Assembly (NCBI GenBank): GCA_963708295.1
Contig: CAVPSJ010000004.1
Coordinates: 256,001 to 320,000, forward strand
Length of the DNA stretch: 64,000 nt
From: an uncultured delta proteobacterium
Lineage (GTDB): Bacteria; Desulfobacterota; BSN033; UBA1163
Reading direction: 5' to 3'
Below the pieces are notes generated by a model. The model saw only the letters and a list, made by a program, of their open reading frames with translations, did not search any database and was not told the DNA's origin. Shown here one piece after another: positions 43,562-54,042 of the stretch. Numbering within the stretch: position 1 is the first letter of the stretch; each line of letters opens with the position of its first letter. The position numbers were made by a program, and so were the translations under genes.

Positions 43562-43637
43562 GGGGCTGTAGCTCAGCTGGGAGAGCGCTTGAATGGCATT
43601 CAAGAGGCCGACGGTTCGATCCCGTTCAGCTCCACCA
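43562..43637 (+). tRNA. tRNA-Ala(GGC)
   Basis: GGGGCTGTAGCTCAGCTGGGAGAGCGCTTGAATGGCATTCAAG...GGTTCGATCCCGTTCAGCTCCACCA; G3:U70 pair. Confidence 0.96.
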
Positions 43638-43660
43638 TTTCAACTCACTTAATTGATAGA

Positions 43661-43713
43661 GGGAGAGCGGTCGAATCGACAGGCCGACGGTTCGATCCCG
43701 TTCAGCTCCACCA
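43661..43713 (+). repeat. tRNA-Ala-derived direct repeat 1 (anticodon arm replaced by GTCGAATCGAC)
   Basis: GGGAGAGCG-GTCGAATCGAC-AGGCCGACGGTTCGATCCCGTTCAGCTCCACCA. Confidence 0.9.
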
Positions 43714-43732
43714 TTTAACCTCTTTCATTCCC

Positions 43733-43978
43733 ATGCCCTACTTTGTTTATGTCCTCAGGAGCGAATCAGCTGATTCTTCTTACGTAGGTCACACTGCCAA
43801 TCTTGAGAAAAGACTTGTTGAACATAACAATGGTAAAAGCTTATCAACGCGAGGGAAAAGACCATGGCGGCTCGTTTACAAGGAAGAATATCATACACGG
43901 TCTAACGCTGCTTCAAGGGAAAGGTATTTCAAATCCGTTGAAGGTAGATTAGAACTGAGAGCAAAAGGGATATTGTAG
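43733..43978 (+). CDS. Small GIY-YIG nuclease
   Basis: MPYFVYVLRS...YVGHT.NLEKRL.EHN.G...T...RPW.LVY.E...A..RE...K. Confidence 0.9.
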   Translation: MPYFVYVLRSESADSSYVGHTANLEKRLVEHNNGKSLSTRGKRPWRLVYKEEYHTRSNAASRERYFKSVEGRLELRAKGIL

Positions 43979-44001
43979 CTTTTCCAGTCTTAAACTCAAA
44001 A

Positions 44002-44073
44002 GGGAGAGCGGTCGGATCGACAGGCCGAGGTCGGTTTCGACTCGTACCGAGTCGATCCCGTTCAGCTCCACCA
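44002..44073 (+). repeat. tRNA-Ala-derived direct repeat 2 (extra palindrome in the T-loop)
   Basis: GGGAGAGCG-GTCGGATCGAC-AGGCCGA..TTTCGACTCGTACCGAGTCGATCCCGTTCAGCTCCACCA. Confidence 0.88.
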
Positions 44074-44260
44074 TTTAATCTTTCTTGCCTGTCATTCCCT
44101 GCTTTACAGACTTCCTCAAGAGTCGTCGAGAATACCTTCCTGATTGTGTTCTTATTGGATTTCATCCCCCCATGCGCCAGTTTACAGGAATGGCTCGTCA
44201 CGGACTGTCAACCTCTTCGAATTGAGGCAAAGACTTAAAGATCATTGACTGGAAAGGAAC

Positions 44261-44296
44261 GCTGAGAACCCGCCTTACTCAAGGCGGATTCTCAGC
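44261..44296. terminator. Strong hairpin downstream of the sigma54 small-ORF transcript
   Basis: GCTGAGAACCCGCCTT-ACTC-AAGGCGGATTCTCAGC. Confidence 0.6.
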
Positions 44297-44368
44297 GGCT
44301 AGGGGTTGAAATGAGGAGGAAGAGAGATGGATGGTTCTTCACTGCCAAAATAACGCTAAGAACTGCAT

Positions 44369-44488
44369 TCAATCCGACTCAATGTTGCCTGATTTTGCGG
44401 ATCCGATTTTAATAATCCCCTCTAGAACGATCAAAACAATTATGAAAACGTTAATGAGGGCAAGTTCAGTTGCTGTTGGACTGACCAT
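44369..44488 (-). CDS. 39-aa single-TM microprotein (absent from the ORF track)
   Basis: MVSPTATELALINVFIIVLIVLEGIIKIGSAKSGNIESD; AAAGGGGGA RBS; sigma54 box just upstream. Confidence 0.55.
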   Translation of the reverse strand: MVSPTATELALINVFIIVLIVLEGIIKIGSAKSGNIESD

Positions 44489-44526
44489 ATATATCCCCCT
44501 TTCACTGCATTTGACAGTTTAAAAAA

Positions 44527-44541
44527 GCACATTCCATGCCA
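44527..44541 (-). promoter_or_regulatory. Sigma54 -24/-12 promoter
   Basis: Minus strand TGGCATGGAATGTGC (GG-N10-GC). Confidence 0.65.
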
Positions 44542-44775
44542 AAATGCTGGATTTCTCAACACTTCGGAATCAATAAGAATTTTAGGATTCGGGGGATGTG
44601 AATTTGGTCGCTAAATAAGAAAAAATTTCACATTTTTTTGGGGAATACCGGGAAATCGCATTAACGGATAGAAAAGTAAGAAGAAATTCAATTGACACAA
44701 TAAGTCACTCATCGTTCATGAGTGTGCATATCATGACGGACGGTTCTCGAAAGAGAAGGACGGAATAAGTCGAGT

Positions 44776-45285
44776 TTATTTGGTGAGATTTCTTTTCTCT
44801 TCCATCTGGCGGTCGAGGTTCGTCAGTCTTTCGATTCTCTCTCTCATTTTATTATTCAACTCTTTCAGCCCGGCCACCTCATCCTGCAGGCTTTTGTTCG
44901 TCTTCTGCACCTTTTCCAGAGTGGTCTGCAACTTCCCGACTTCTCTTAGAACGGTAAGCCAGTTCTGAATGTCGTCTGTTTTCTCCTCCGTCGGTGCAAG
45001 AGAGACATAGCTTTCCATTTCCTGGAGGGCTCGATTGTAGTTTAATTGGGGGTTTTTATGATTCACATAGAGAAAAGCGAGGCGCAGGTGAGATCGTGCC
45101 CGAACGGAGGCATCGGGATCCTCGCGAGCGAGCTTCCCTAAGCGGGTACTCTCCTGGGAGAATTCCTTTCCTCCTTCCGGTTTCTTTAGTCCCTCCCGGC
45201 CGCAACTTGCCACGAAAAAAAACAGGAGAAAAATGCAACTCCACCGAATGCGATGAAATCCTGAATCCATGTCTCCCCCTCTCAT
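44776..45285 (-). CDS. Lipoprotein with TPR-like helices and C-terminal coiled coil (QseG-like architecture)
   Basis: Lipobox VASC; C-terminal IERLTNLDRQMEEKR coiled coil. Confidence 0.7.
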   Translation of the reverse strand: MRGGDMDSGFHRIRWSCIFLLFFFVASCGREGLKKPEGGKEFSQESTRLGKLAREDPDASVRARSHLRLAFLYVNHKNPQLNYNRALQEMESYVSLAPTEEKTDDIQNWLTVLREVGKLQTTLEKVQKTNKSLQDEVAGLKELNNKMRERIERLTNLDRQMEEKRNLTK

Positions 45286-45311
45286 TTTCTCCAGGAAAGC
45301 GGCAGCCTGTT

Positions 45312-46679
45312 TCAGTCTGCCCCCCCCGAGGTGCTGTCCTTGCGCCGATTCACCACCAGCATGCTATGGGAAAAAGACTTGGCATAATTTTTTAGTTCCG
45401 CCGCGATCTCTCCGATTTGGATATGGCTCTTCAGATTGTAGTATCGGTTGGTGACCACGGCGATGGCCAGGGTCATGATGGGAAAGGAGACTTTCTGCCC
45501 TTGTCGTGTCTCCCCTTGGATATAACCCTTCTCCCGGTCCTCCAAGTCGTAAAAATCCAGGACCATCCTATCAAAGGCATCAATGGTGGCAAGACAAATT
45601 TTCTCATACTTTTCAGCTGAGGTGATCAGGACGAAATCATCTCCTCCGATATGCCCGACGAAGGATTCTTCGTCTCCCTGGCCCTTGACGACTTCAGTCA
45701 TGATTTTAGCCGTCGCCTGGATCACCTCATTGCCCCTGGCATATCCGTACCGATCGTTAAACGCCTTGAAGTGGCTCAAATCGAGCTGGCAAAAAGCCAG
45801 TGAACTTTCTTCCTTCAATCGCTTATTCAGGACATTTTCGATGGCATTGCTGCCAGGAAGGTGAGTGAGGGGGTTGGCGTCAAGAGACATCTCCTCCAGG
45901 CGCTTCAACCGCTGGGCCATCAGTTGAACAGCCTGGGATAAATCTCCCAGTTCATCCTGGTTGTGAACTTCGGGAAGATGGTCGAACTTCCCTCCCGATA
46001 TTTCCCAGGTGGAAAGTTTCAACTGATTGATCGAGCGGGAGATGTTGCGGGTAAGAATCAGGGCAATGAGGACTCCAAGAACGAGGCCCCCCAGACTCAA
46101 TCCCGCGGTTAGCCAAAACGCGGAATGACCAATGCTGAGAGTCTCCAGACTTTTCTCGTTCTGGTCCGCCCTGGCATCACGAGCGATCTCTTTCACCAGT
46201 TGAATTTGTTCTTCCAGCTTTCTTCTGACTTGCCGATCATGGTGCTCGATCGCCTGGGAAGAAACATTTTCCCCCTGGTCCAATCCTGATGCGAAAAGAT
46301 CATTATACTCTTTGTGGAGGGCGGTCAGTCGATCGAGCGGAAGACCGGAGGTTTCTGGAAGGCGGGCGATCTCCCGAAGGAAGTTTTCGAATTCCTCACT
46401 TCTTTTCCAGAAGAGCGCCTCCATCTCTGAACTCTTAAGGATGGCGGAGCGACGCCCGTAAAGTTCCTGGGCCAGCAAGGCCTCGATCATTTTATCGCCG
46501 ATTTCTACCAGGGGAATATCGCGATTGATAATCCGATTGTTGATTTCATTCAACTGTTGGAGGCTGGAGAGGGCGATCAGGGCGATGAGGATGGTCAAGA
46601 TCCCGTAGGATACAAACCCAAGGAGCAATTTCCTGGCGATCGTCAGACGGAAAAACCGATGCATGACCTTTTTCATCAA
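45312..46679 (-). CDS. Membrane diguanylate cyclase (TM-sensor-TM-HAMP-GGDEF)
   Basis: Two TMs; HAMP DELGDL; DANPLTHLPG, FKAFNDRYGYARG, GHIGGDDF. Confidence 0.9.
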   Translation of the reverse strand: MMKKVMHRFFRLTIARKLLLGFVSYGILTILIALIALSSLQQLNEINNRIINRDIPLVEIGDKMIEALLAQELYGRRSAILKSSEMEALFWKRSEEFENFLREIARLPETSGLPLDRLTALHKEYNDLFASGLDQGENVSSQAIEHHDRQVRRKLEEQIQLVKEIARDARADQNEKSLETLSIGHSAFWLTAGLSLGGLVLGVLIALILTRNISRSINQLKLSTWEISGGKFDHLPEVHNQDELGDLSQAVQLMAQRLKRLEEMSLDANPLTHLPGSNAIENVLNKRLKEESSLAFCQLDLSHFKAFNDRYGYARGNEVIQATAKIMTEVVKGQGDEESFVGHIGGDDFVLITSAEKYEKICLATIDAFDRMVLDFYDLEDREKGYIQGETRQGQKVSFPIMTLAIAVVTNRYYNLKSHIQIGEIAAELKNYAKSFSHSMLVVNRRKDSTSGGAD

Positions 46680-46877
46680 TCGTCCATCTTGTTCTTGCTT
46701 GTTTTATGTTAGCACAAACATAAATTCGAAAACAGTGTTGAATCGCCTCCTATGAAAGCTAACGCAGTCCGGGACCGGCGTCGGTATCTAGATTTCTGAT
46801 GAAGGTCGAGGAGGATGGACGACACACCGGGTTGGTTTCCGGATCATCTTGCTGTCTCGGTTCGGCTAACCCAGTCG

Positions 46878-47264
46878 TCAGGAAGCGTAGGATGTTGTTT
46901 GATCGAAGTTTGTTAAGAAATTTTTCAAAACAGTTATATTCGGCTGAGAGATGTCTTCAAATCTCACCCCCATTCGATAATCCCACGTCCAATCCTTCTT
47001 CAGATGAATATCCATCCAAACGACCCGGACGACCGCCTCAATCATATTTAATCCAGATTGAAGAGGAAAAAATAATTTCAACACCAGGTGGTGACCAATG
47101 TCCATTTTTTCAGGAAGGCAGATCATCAATCCTCCTTCACTGGCATTGGCGACCCGACCGTGTTTGAAGAAGAGGTTGGTTCTGCTATATTTCACCGGCA
47201 AATCGATATCGGATCTTGGAAACTTTCTTTTCTCTGGGACGAGAGCATTTTCCATGAACGCCAT
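46878..47264 (-). CDS. PilZ domain protein
   Basis: RKFPR (RxxxR) and NASEGG ([DN]xSxxG); AAGGAG RBS before the ATG at 47264. Confidence 0.88.
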   Translation of the reverse strand: MAFMENALVPEKRKFPRSDIDLPVKYSRTNLFFKHGRVANASEGGLMICLPEKMDIGHHLVLKLFFPLQSGLNMIEAVVRVVWMDIHLKKDWTWDYRMGVRFEDISQPNITVLKNFLTNFDQTTSYAS

Positions 47265-47305
47265 TCTCCTTACTCCGATTTGATTTGATTTTGCATTACT
47301 TAATA

Positions 47306-47320
47306 GCAAGAATTATGCCA
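47306..47320 (-). promoter_or_regulatory. Sigma54 -24/-12 promoter for the PilZ gene
   Basis: Minus strand TGGCATAATTCTTGC. Confidence 0.75.
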
Positions 47321-47577
47321 GAGATAGTTTGTCCGCCTAAGACTGATAACTATTTAAAATCTAAAGCTTAATTTTAGATGCAGTTGCCCGCAAGGGTTGA
47401 AATGGGCCTTCGCCGAACGTGACATATTGTCGAAGATAAAACGATTTTTGGCCGCGTGGAGAGCCACCCTGGAGCCCCTGAGACAGGGGATAAGTATGAT
47501 CTGTCTCCTATTTTATTGCCTTCTCGTTGAAAATGAGTCCTTATTCAATTATGATTGTCCAAAGAAACGAGGAACGG

Positions 47578-48213
47578 ATGCAAGAGAAGGCAAACCCAAA
47601 GATCTCAGCCGATTCTTTCTATTGGGATAAACTCTCTCAATTTCATCCAACCGATGTGTGTCACCGCACAGAGGCCATCTATCATCCTGGCCGAGAAGGT
47701 TTTCTTTTGCCCGTTTATAACTTGCGTTACCTCATCCTCCCGAAAGAAAGAGAAATTCTGAGGATGGAGTGGAATGATAAACCTGTTCGGGAGACACTTC
47801 GTCCCTATTTCTCCCTGATGGTCCTCGTGTATCTGACGGAGGCCAAAGACCTCAAACCCACCCACACCTGGATCAGCGAGAAAGACCTGAAGGGAGGACC
47901 CACCTTTTTTCGGGGTCCTCATCGCCTTGAAGTTGAAGAGCTGATCCACCTTTTTGGAGACAATCCGGAGGCCTTTCTTAAGGCAGGCGAGAAGATCGGA
48001 GGAAGCGAGATCCTTTTCGGAGACAAGGGATTTGCCCTACACGTATTTCCAAAAGTTTTTCTTGCTTATATTCTATGGAAAGGGGACGAAGAATTTCCTC
48101 CCAAGATCAGTGTGCTATTTGATTCTACCATCGAGTCCCACTTCCCTTTGGATGTCCTATGGTGCATGGTGGCTGAAACGAGCCGTCGCCTCACCGGACG
48201 CGCCTCTGTATAA
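47578..48213 (+). CDS. DUF3786 domain protein
   Basis: LKGGPTFFRG; FPKV...ILWKGDEEFPP...VLFD. Confidence 0.8.
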   Translation: MQEKANPKISADSFYWDKLSQFHPTDVCHRTEAIYHPGREGFLLPVYNLRYLILPKEREILRMEWNDKPVRETLRPYFSLMVLVYLTEAKDLKPTHTWISEKDLKGGPTFFRGPHRLEVEELIHLFGDNPEAFLKAGEKIGGSEILFGDKGFALHVFPKVFLAYILWKGDEEFPPKISVLFDSTIESHFPLDVLWCMVAETSRRLTGRASV

Positions 48214-48321
48214 TCAGCTCTGATGTCGCAAAAAAAGCGAGGCCTGTGGACACCGGCAAATTCCGCCGCGGCAGGATTTGTCCAGTTTCGTTTCTGCAAG
48301 GGCTGGTTAAGAAAGCATCGA

Positions 48322-48498
48322 GTGAAGCTCCCTGCCCACCGGGCGGGGCCGTTCGACAGAGTTCACGGCCCTGAGCATGTCGAATGGACTTCCCGGGCAC
48401 GCAGTGGAGAGCAGAATGCGAGTAAAGGAAGTTTCGTCCATAGGGTGCCCCTTCATCCCGCCTATCCCGCTACGGCGGGAGGGGGAACGTTCCGGCCA
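48322..48498. repeat. Dispersed hairpin-ended element, copy A, with a nested palindromic insert
   Basis: GTGAAGCTCCC..GGGCGGGGC[insert ~48350-48389]TTCCCGG...GTGCCCCTT...ACGTTCCGGCCA; homologous to 59847-59955. Confidence 0.75.
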
Positions 48499-48592
48499 AG
48501 GGACGCTGGCGGACACCTGCAAAGAATGGGGAGGAACGAGCCACGCCGGTAATGAATTCCCTTGAATCCATTTAAAGTATTTGTTAGTATGA

Positions 48593-49660
<1,068 letters not shown>

Positions 49661-49665
49661 GATTG

Positions 49666-50553
49666 ATGAGGATACGTGATTTTTTCCTCTCCCGCAGGTA
49701 CAGCCTTTTTATTATCGTCACCCTCCTTTTGCTGTTTGCCCTCGTCCTGATGTCATTGAGGGCGAAACAGCGAAGGGGCGTGGAGTTTTTCGACGCCCTC
49801 TCGATGGAAATTTGTTCTCCGTTGCAAAAAGCCTCCACGGTCATCATTAAGACGGTCCAAGAACCCTTCCGAAAATATGTTTTTTTGGTTGGCCTCGAAA
49901 GAGAAAACAGGATGCTCAAGCAGAAAATCGCCGAACTTCAGGAAGAGAACAACCGGGCAAAGGAAATGCGGTTGGCCGTGGACCGGTTGAAGCAACTTCT
50001 CCAGTTTCGGCGGGAAAACTCCCTTGCCATGATCGGGGCTGAAGTCATCGGCCAAGACCCTTCTTCTTGGTTTAAGAGTGTGACCATTGACAAGGGGGAA
50101 CGGGACGGAGTGAAAAAGGGAATGGCGGTGATCTCGTCGGCGGGGGTCATTGGCCAGATCCTAAAAACCGCTCCCCGTTATGCGACGGTTCTTCTCATCA
50201 CTGATTACAACAGCGCGATTGATTCCATTGTCCAGAGAACTCGCGCAAAGGCCATTGTTGAAGGGAAGGGAGAAAACCGTTGCCAGCTCAAGTACCTTCT
50301 TCGAACCGAAGAGGTCGCTGTCGGGGATTCCGTCGTCACCTCGGGGCTGGCCGGGAATTTTCCAAAAGGGTTCATGGTGGGTGAGGTCAGGAAAGTGGAC
50401 AAGAAGGGGCACGGCGTTTTCCAATACGCTGAATTGGTACCCAGTGTGGATTTCACAAAGCTGGAAGAAGTCTTCGTCGTCATGGAGCCCATCCTGCCGC
50501 CGCCGCCTCCCAAAGAAGAAAAAGCAAAGAAGGGGAAGAAAATCAAGAAATGA
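49666..50553 (+). CDS. mreC: Rod shape-determining protein MreC
   Basis: TM plus coiled coil; IDKG..DGV, GD.VVTSGL.G.FPKG; position in operon. Confidence 0.94.
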   Translation: MRIRDFFLSRRYSLFIIVTLLLLFALVLMSLRAKQRRGVEFFDALSMEICSPLQKASTVIIKTVQEPFRKYVFLVGLERENRMLKQKIAELQEENNRAKEMRLAVDRLKQLLQFRRENSLAMIGAEVIGQDPSSWFKSVTIDKGERDGVKKGMAVISSAGVIGQILKTAPRYATVLLITDYNSAIDSIVQRTRAKAIVEGKGENRCQLKYLLRTEEVAVGDSVVTSGLAGNFPKGFMVGEVRKVDKKGHGVFQYAELVPSVDFTKLEEVFVVMEPILPPPPPKEEKAKKGKKIKK

Positions 50554-51074
50554 GACGGTTTCTTTTGCTTCTTCTCGCAGGAATTCTTCTTCTGATCGTT
50601 CAAACGACCTGGCTGTCCCTCTTTCCGATTCAAAGGATGCGGCCGGACTTCCTCCTCATCTTCACCCTCTACCTGGCCTTTTTATTTCCGCCGTTTCTCG
50701 GCGGAATCCTGGCATTTTTCATGGGATATCTTATGGATCTGTTTTCCGGGAACACCCTGGGCCTTTACGCCTTCTCCCGAACGCTTGTTTTTTTTGCGAC
50801 TCAATTTCTTAAAGAACGATTTTATCTCGAAGGATTCTCCTTCCAGTTTCTTTTCGCCTTCGCCTTCAGTTTCGTGGAAGGGGGTCTTCTCCTCGTCTTG
50901 ATCAATGGCCCTGAACCCGCCTCCTTCGAAAACCTTTTAATCTCATTGCTCACGTTCCTCCTCCCCCGATCACTGGGTACCGCTCTGGCCGCTCCCTTCT
51001 TCTTTTCCCTTTTCCAAAAGGGGATGTCGTACTTCATTTCTCAGCCGGAGCAGGGAATAAAGGCAAGGGGATAG
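50550..51074 (+). CDS. mreD: Rod shape-determining protein MreD
   Basis: Hydrophobic; PDFLLI, GYLMDLFSG; position in operon. Confidence 0.9.
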   Translation: MRRFLLLLLAGILLLIVQTTWLSLFPIQRMRPDFLLIFTLYLAFLFPPFLGGILAFFMGYLMDLFSGNTLGLYAFSRTLVFFATQFLKERFYLEGFSFQFLFAFAFSFVEGGLLLVLINGPEPASFENLLISLLTFLLPRSLGTALAAPFFFSLFQKGMSYFISQPEQGIKARG

Positions 51075-51077
51075 GCG

Positions 51078-52952
51078 ATGATGGAATTAAATACCCAGAA
51101 GATGGAGGATTTCAAGGGACGATATAGATACCTCGTCATTTTTGTCGGTCTCGCCTTTCTGGTGATCTTCATCCGCCTGTGGTCTCTTCAGGTGATGAAG
51201 GGAACCGACCTCCGGCATCTGTCCGATAACAATTGCATCCGACTCCGCGAGAATCCCGCCGATCGAGGAATGTTACTGGATCGTAACGGGAATATTCTGG
51301 CTCATAACCGCCCCTCCTTCGAGGTCTCTCTCGTCCCGGAAGACTTAAGAGCAAATCCAGAGGTTCTGGTCAAAACAGGAGAGATGTTGAATATAACCCG
51401 GGACGAGATCGAGGAAAAGATTAGGGCTCAAAAACGACGGACTCCCTTTAATCCGGTGAAGATCAAATCGGATATCGATTGGGATAAGCTGGCTGTCCTC
51501 GAAACCAATCGGGTTCATCTCCCGGGTATGATCGTGAATGTCAGACCCAGGAGAGCCTATGACTACGGGGACCTCGCCTCCCATCTGATCGGTTATCTCG
51601 GAGAGGTGGATGAGAATGACTTGAGGCAGGCCAAGGGGTCTCCCTACCGAATGGGTTCCCAGATTGGAAAATACGGAGTGGAATACCGGTGGGAGAATGA
51701 TCTCAGAGGAAGCGATGGGGGCCAGCAGATTGAAGTCGATGCCCTGGGGAGGGAGATCAGGCCTCTGGGGGTCGTTGAGCCCTTTCCGGGTAACAACCTC
51801 TTCCTGACCATCGATCTGGAACTCCAGAAGGTTGCTGAGGAAGCCTATCAGGATAAGACCGGGGCGCTCATTGCGATGGACCCGAAAACCGGGGAAATCT
51901 TGGCCATGGTGAGCAAGCCTTCTTTCAAGCCGGATATTTTTGCAAGAAATATTTTACCCGAGGAATGGAAGTCTCTTGTGGAAAACCCTCATCACCCTCT
52001 TCAAAACAAAGGGATCCAGGGACAATACCCTGCGGGATCGGTCTTCAAGATCATCACGGCGATTGCAGGCCTCGAATCGAAAACGATTACTCCGGCCACC
52101 CCCTTCACTTGCACGGGAGCCTTCTCGTACGGAAATCGGGACTTTCGGTGCTGGAAAGCAGGCGGCCATGGAAGCCTTAGCCTCCATCGGGCGATCGTCG
52201 AGTCTTGTGATATCTACTTCTATCAACTGGGATTAAAAGTGGGCCCTGATCTCATCGCGCGCTATGCCAGCGAGTTTGGTTTGGGGAGGATAACGGGTAT
52301 TTCACTTCCTCATGAGAGGCCGGGGATCGTCCCTTCCAGTTCCTGGAAAAAGAAACGTTATGGAGTTCCATGGTACAGCGGCGAGACCCTATCCTTCTCC
52401 GTCGGTCAAGGCTATCTGAATGCAACCCCCCTTCAGCTGCTGGTGCTCATTTCTGCCGTTGCCAACGGAGGGAGGATCTTTTTGCCTCAGGTGGCTGAAC
52501 GGGTAGAGGATATCTATAAAAACAGACTGAAAGAGTATCCGCCCGTGGAAATGGAACAAGTGAACGTTTCAGAGAAGACCCTCCAGTTTATCCAGGAAGC
52601 TCTGACGGGAGCAGTCAACGAACCTCACGGGACCGGTTCGGCGTGCGCGTTGAAGGAGGTCAAGGTTGCGGGGAAAACGGGCACGGCCCAAGTCATCGCG
52701 ATGCCGGAGGATTTTAAAAGAGGGCAGGTAAACCGGATCCCTCTCAAATTTCGGGATCATGCCTGGTTTGTGGCTTACGCCCCTGTGGAAGACCCCAAGA
52801 TCTCCGTGGTTGTCCTCGTTGAGCACGGAGGATTCGGGGCTTCGGCAGCCGCCCCGATCGCAAAGAAGGTGATCGCAAAATATCTCAACATCAACCCTTC
52901 GCCTCCCCTAAAGATAGAGGAGAAACAGAGCGACACAGATGATGCAGATTGA
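51078..52952 (+). CDS. mrdA: Penicillin-binding protein 2
   Basis: SVFK (SxxK), SCD, KTGTAQ. Confidence 0.95.
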   Translation: MMELNTQKMEDFKGRYRYLVIFVGLAFLVIFIRLWSLQVMKGTDLRHLSDNNCIRLRENPADRGMLLDRNGNILAHNRPSFEVSLVPEDLRANPEVLVKTGEMLNITRDEIEEKIRAQKRRTPFNPVKIKSDIDWDKLAVLETNRVHLPGMIVNVRPRRAYDYGDLASHLIGYLGEVDENDLRQAKGSPYRMGSQIGKYGVEYRWENDLRGSDGGQQIEVDALGREIRPLGVVEPFPGNNLFLTIDLELQKVAEEAYQDKTGALIAMDPKTGEILAMVSKPSFKPDIFARNILPEEWKSLVENPHHPLQNKGIQGQYPAGSVFKIITAIAGLESKTITPATPFTCTGAFSYGNRDFRCWKAGGHGSLSLHRAIVESCDIYFYQLGLKVGPDLIARYASEFGLGRITGISLPHERPGIVPSSSWKKKRYGVPWYSGETLSFSVGQGYLNATPLQLLVLISAVANGGRIFLPQVAERVEDIYKNRLKEYPPVEMEQVNVSEKTLQFIQEALTGAVNEPHGTGSACALKEVKVAGKTGTAQVIAMPEDFKRGQVNRIPLKFRDHAWFVAYAPVEDPKISVVVLVEHGGFGASAAAPIAKKVIAKYLNINPSPPLKIEEKQSDTDDAD

Positions 52953-54042
52953 CCGACGTCTCTTCTTCCATTTCGATTGGACCTTATTGGGAATCATCCT
53001 GGCCATCGCGTCAATCGGGATTCTCAATCTGTATAGCGCCACGGCTAAGATCGAGATGGCCGGTACCCCCTTTTATATCAAACAAATCCTGTGGGTGCTG
53101 ATCGGATTGGCGGCGATGGTGACGCTCGCTTTCGTCGAATACCGTTTCTACTCCGATTTCGCCTATCTCGTTTACACGATCGCCTTGGTCCTTTTACTGC
53201 TGGTCTTGGCTTATGGGATCATCACCTCCGGGGCCCAGCGGTGGGTCAAAATTGGATCCCTTTCTTTTCAACCTTCGGAATTCGTCAAAATCTCATTCAT
53301 CCTGGCCCTGGCAAAGTTTTTTCATCGACCTCCGGATCGAGAAGGTTATTCGCTGAAACAACTTCCCTTCCCGTTTCTCCTTCTCCTGTTGCCGATGGTT
53401 CTGATCCTCAAACAACCCGACCTGGGAACCGCGATCATCCTTCTTTTAGTTTTCTTCTCGGTCCTGATCTTCGTTAAGATTCGATGGTCCTCCCTGCTCA
53501 TCATCGGACTGACCGGAGGAGCGGCCGTGCCACTCCTCTGGAAATTCCTTAAGGAATACCAGAAGAAGCGAATCATGACCTTTTTCAATCCGGAATTGGA
53601 CCCACTGGGTGCGGGATATCATCTCATTCAATCGAAGATCGCTGTGGGATCGGGGGGGATCCTCGGGAAAGGTTTTATGAAGGGAACTCAATCCAGGTTG
53701 GGCTTTCTCCCGGAGCAACAGACGGACTTCATCTTCTCAGCTTTGGGAGAGGAGTGGGGCTTGATCGGATCTGTCTTTGTCATCGGGCTTTATCTGGGAC
53801 TGATTCTCTGGGGACTTCGCATCGCCGTCCAGGCGAAAGATCGTTTTAGTGCCATCCTTGCTTTCGGGGTGGTGGCGATGCTCTTCTGGCATGTCTTCAT
53901 TAATATCGGAATGGTGCTGGGAATAATGCCGGTGGTAGGAATTCCCCTTCCCCTGCTCAGTTATGGGGGGTCTTTCATCATCTCCACGCTCATCGGAGTG
54001 GGGCTTCTCTTGAATGTCAGCATGAGGCGGTATCTCTTCTAA
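52939..54042 (+). CDS. rodA: SEDS peptidoglycan glycosyltransferase RodA
   Basis: FQPSEFVK, QPDLGT, FLPEQQTDFIF, LPLLSYGGS. Confidence 0.96.
   Translation: MMQIDRRLFFHFDWTLLGIILAIASIGILNLYSATAKIEMAGTPFYIKQILWVLIGLAAMVTLAFVEYRFYSDFAYLVYTIALVLLLLVLAYGIITSGAQRWVKIGSLSFQPSEFVKISFILALAKFFHRPPDREGYSLKQLPFPFLLLLLPMVLILKQPDLGTAIILLLVFFSVLIFVKIRWSSLLIIGLTGGAAVPLLWKFLKEYQKKRIMTFFNPELDPLGAGYHLIQSKIAVGSGGILGKGFMKGTQSRLGFLPEQQTDFIFSALGEEWGLIGSVFVIGLYLGLILWGLRIAVQAKDRFSAILAFGVVAMLFWHVFINIGMVLGIMPVVGIPLPLLSYGGSFIISTLIGVGLLLNVSMRRYLF

Noticed and set aside
43589-43732. N-terminal extension of the GIY-YIG ORF
   Set aside because: It is translated tRNA and repeat sequence; the domain begins at the ATG at 43733.
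43562-44073. Three direct repeats as a possible CRISPR array
   Set aside because: The repeats are tRNA-Ala sequence, the spacing is irregular, one interval holds a gene, and there are no cas genes.
44335-44350. Possible third sigma54 promoter (TTTTGGCAGT on the minus strand)
   Set aside because: No GC at the -12 position.
48223-48552. Short ORFs over the repeat upstream of mreB, and at 59633-59971
   Set aside because: They are chance frames across GC-rich palindromic repeats.
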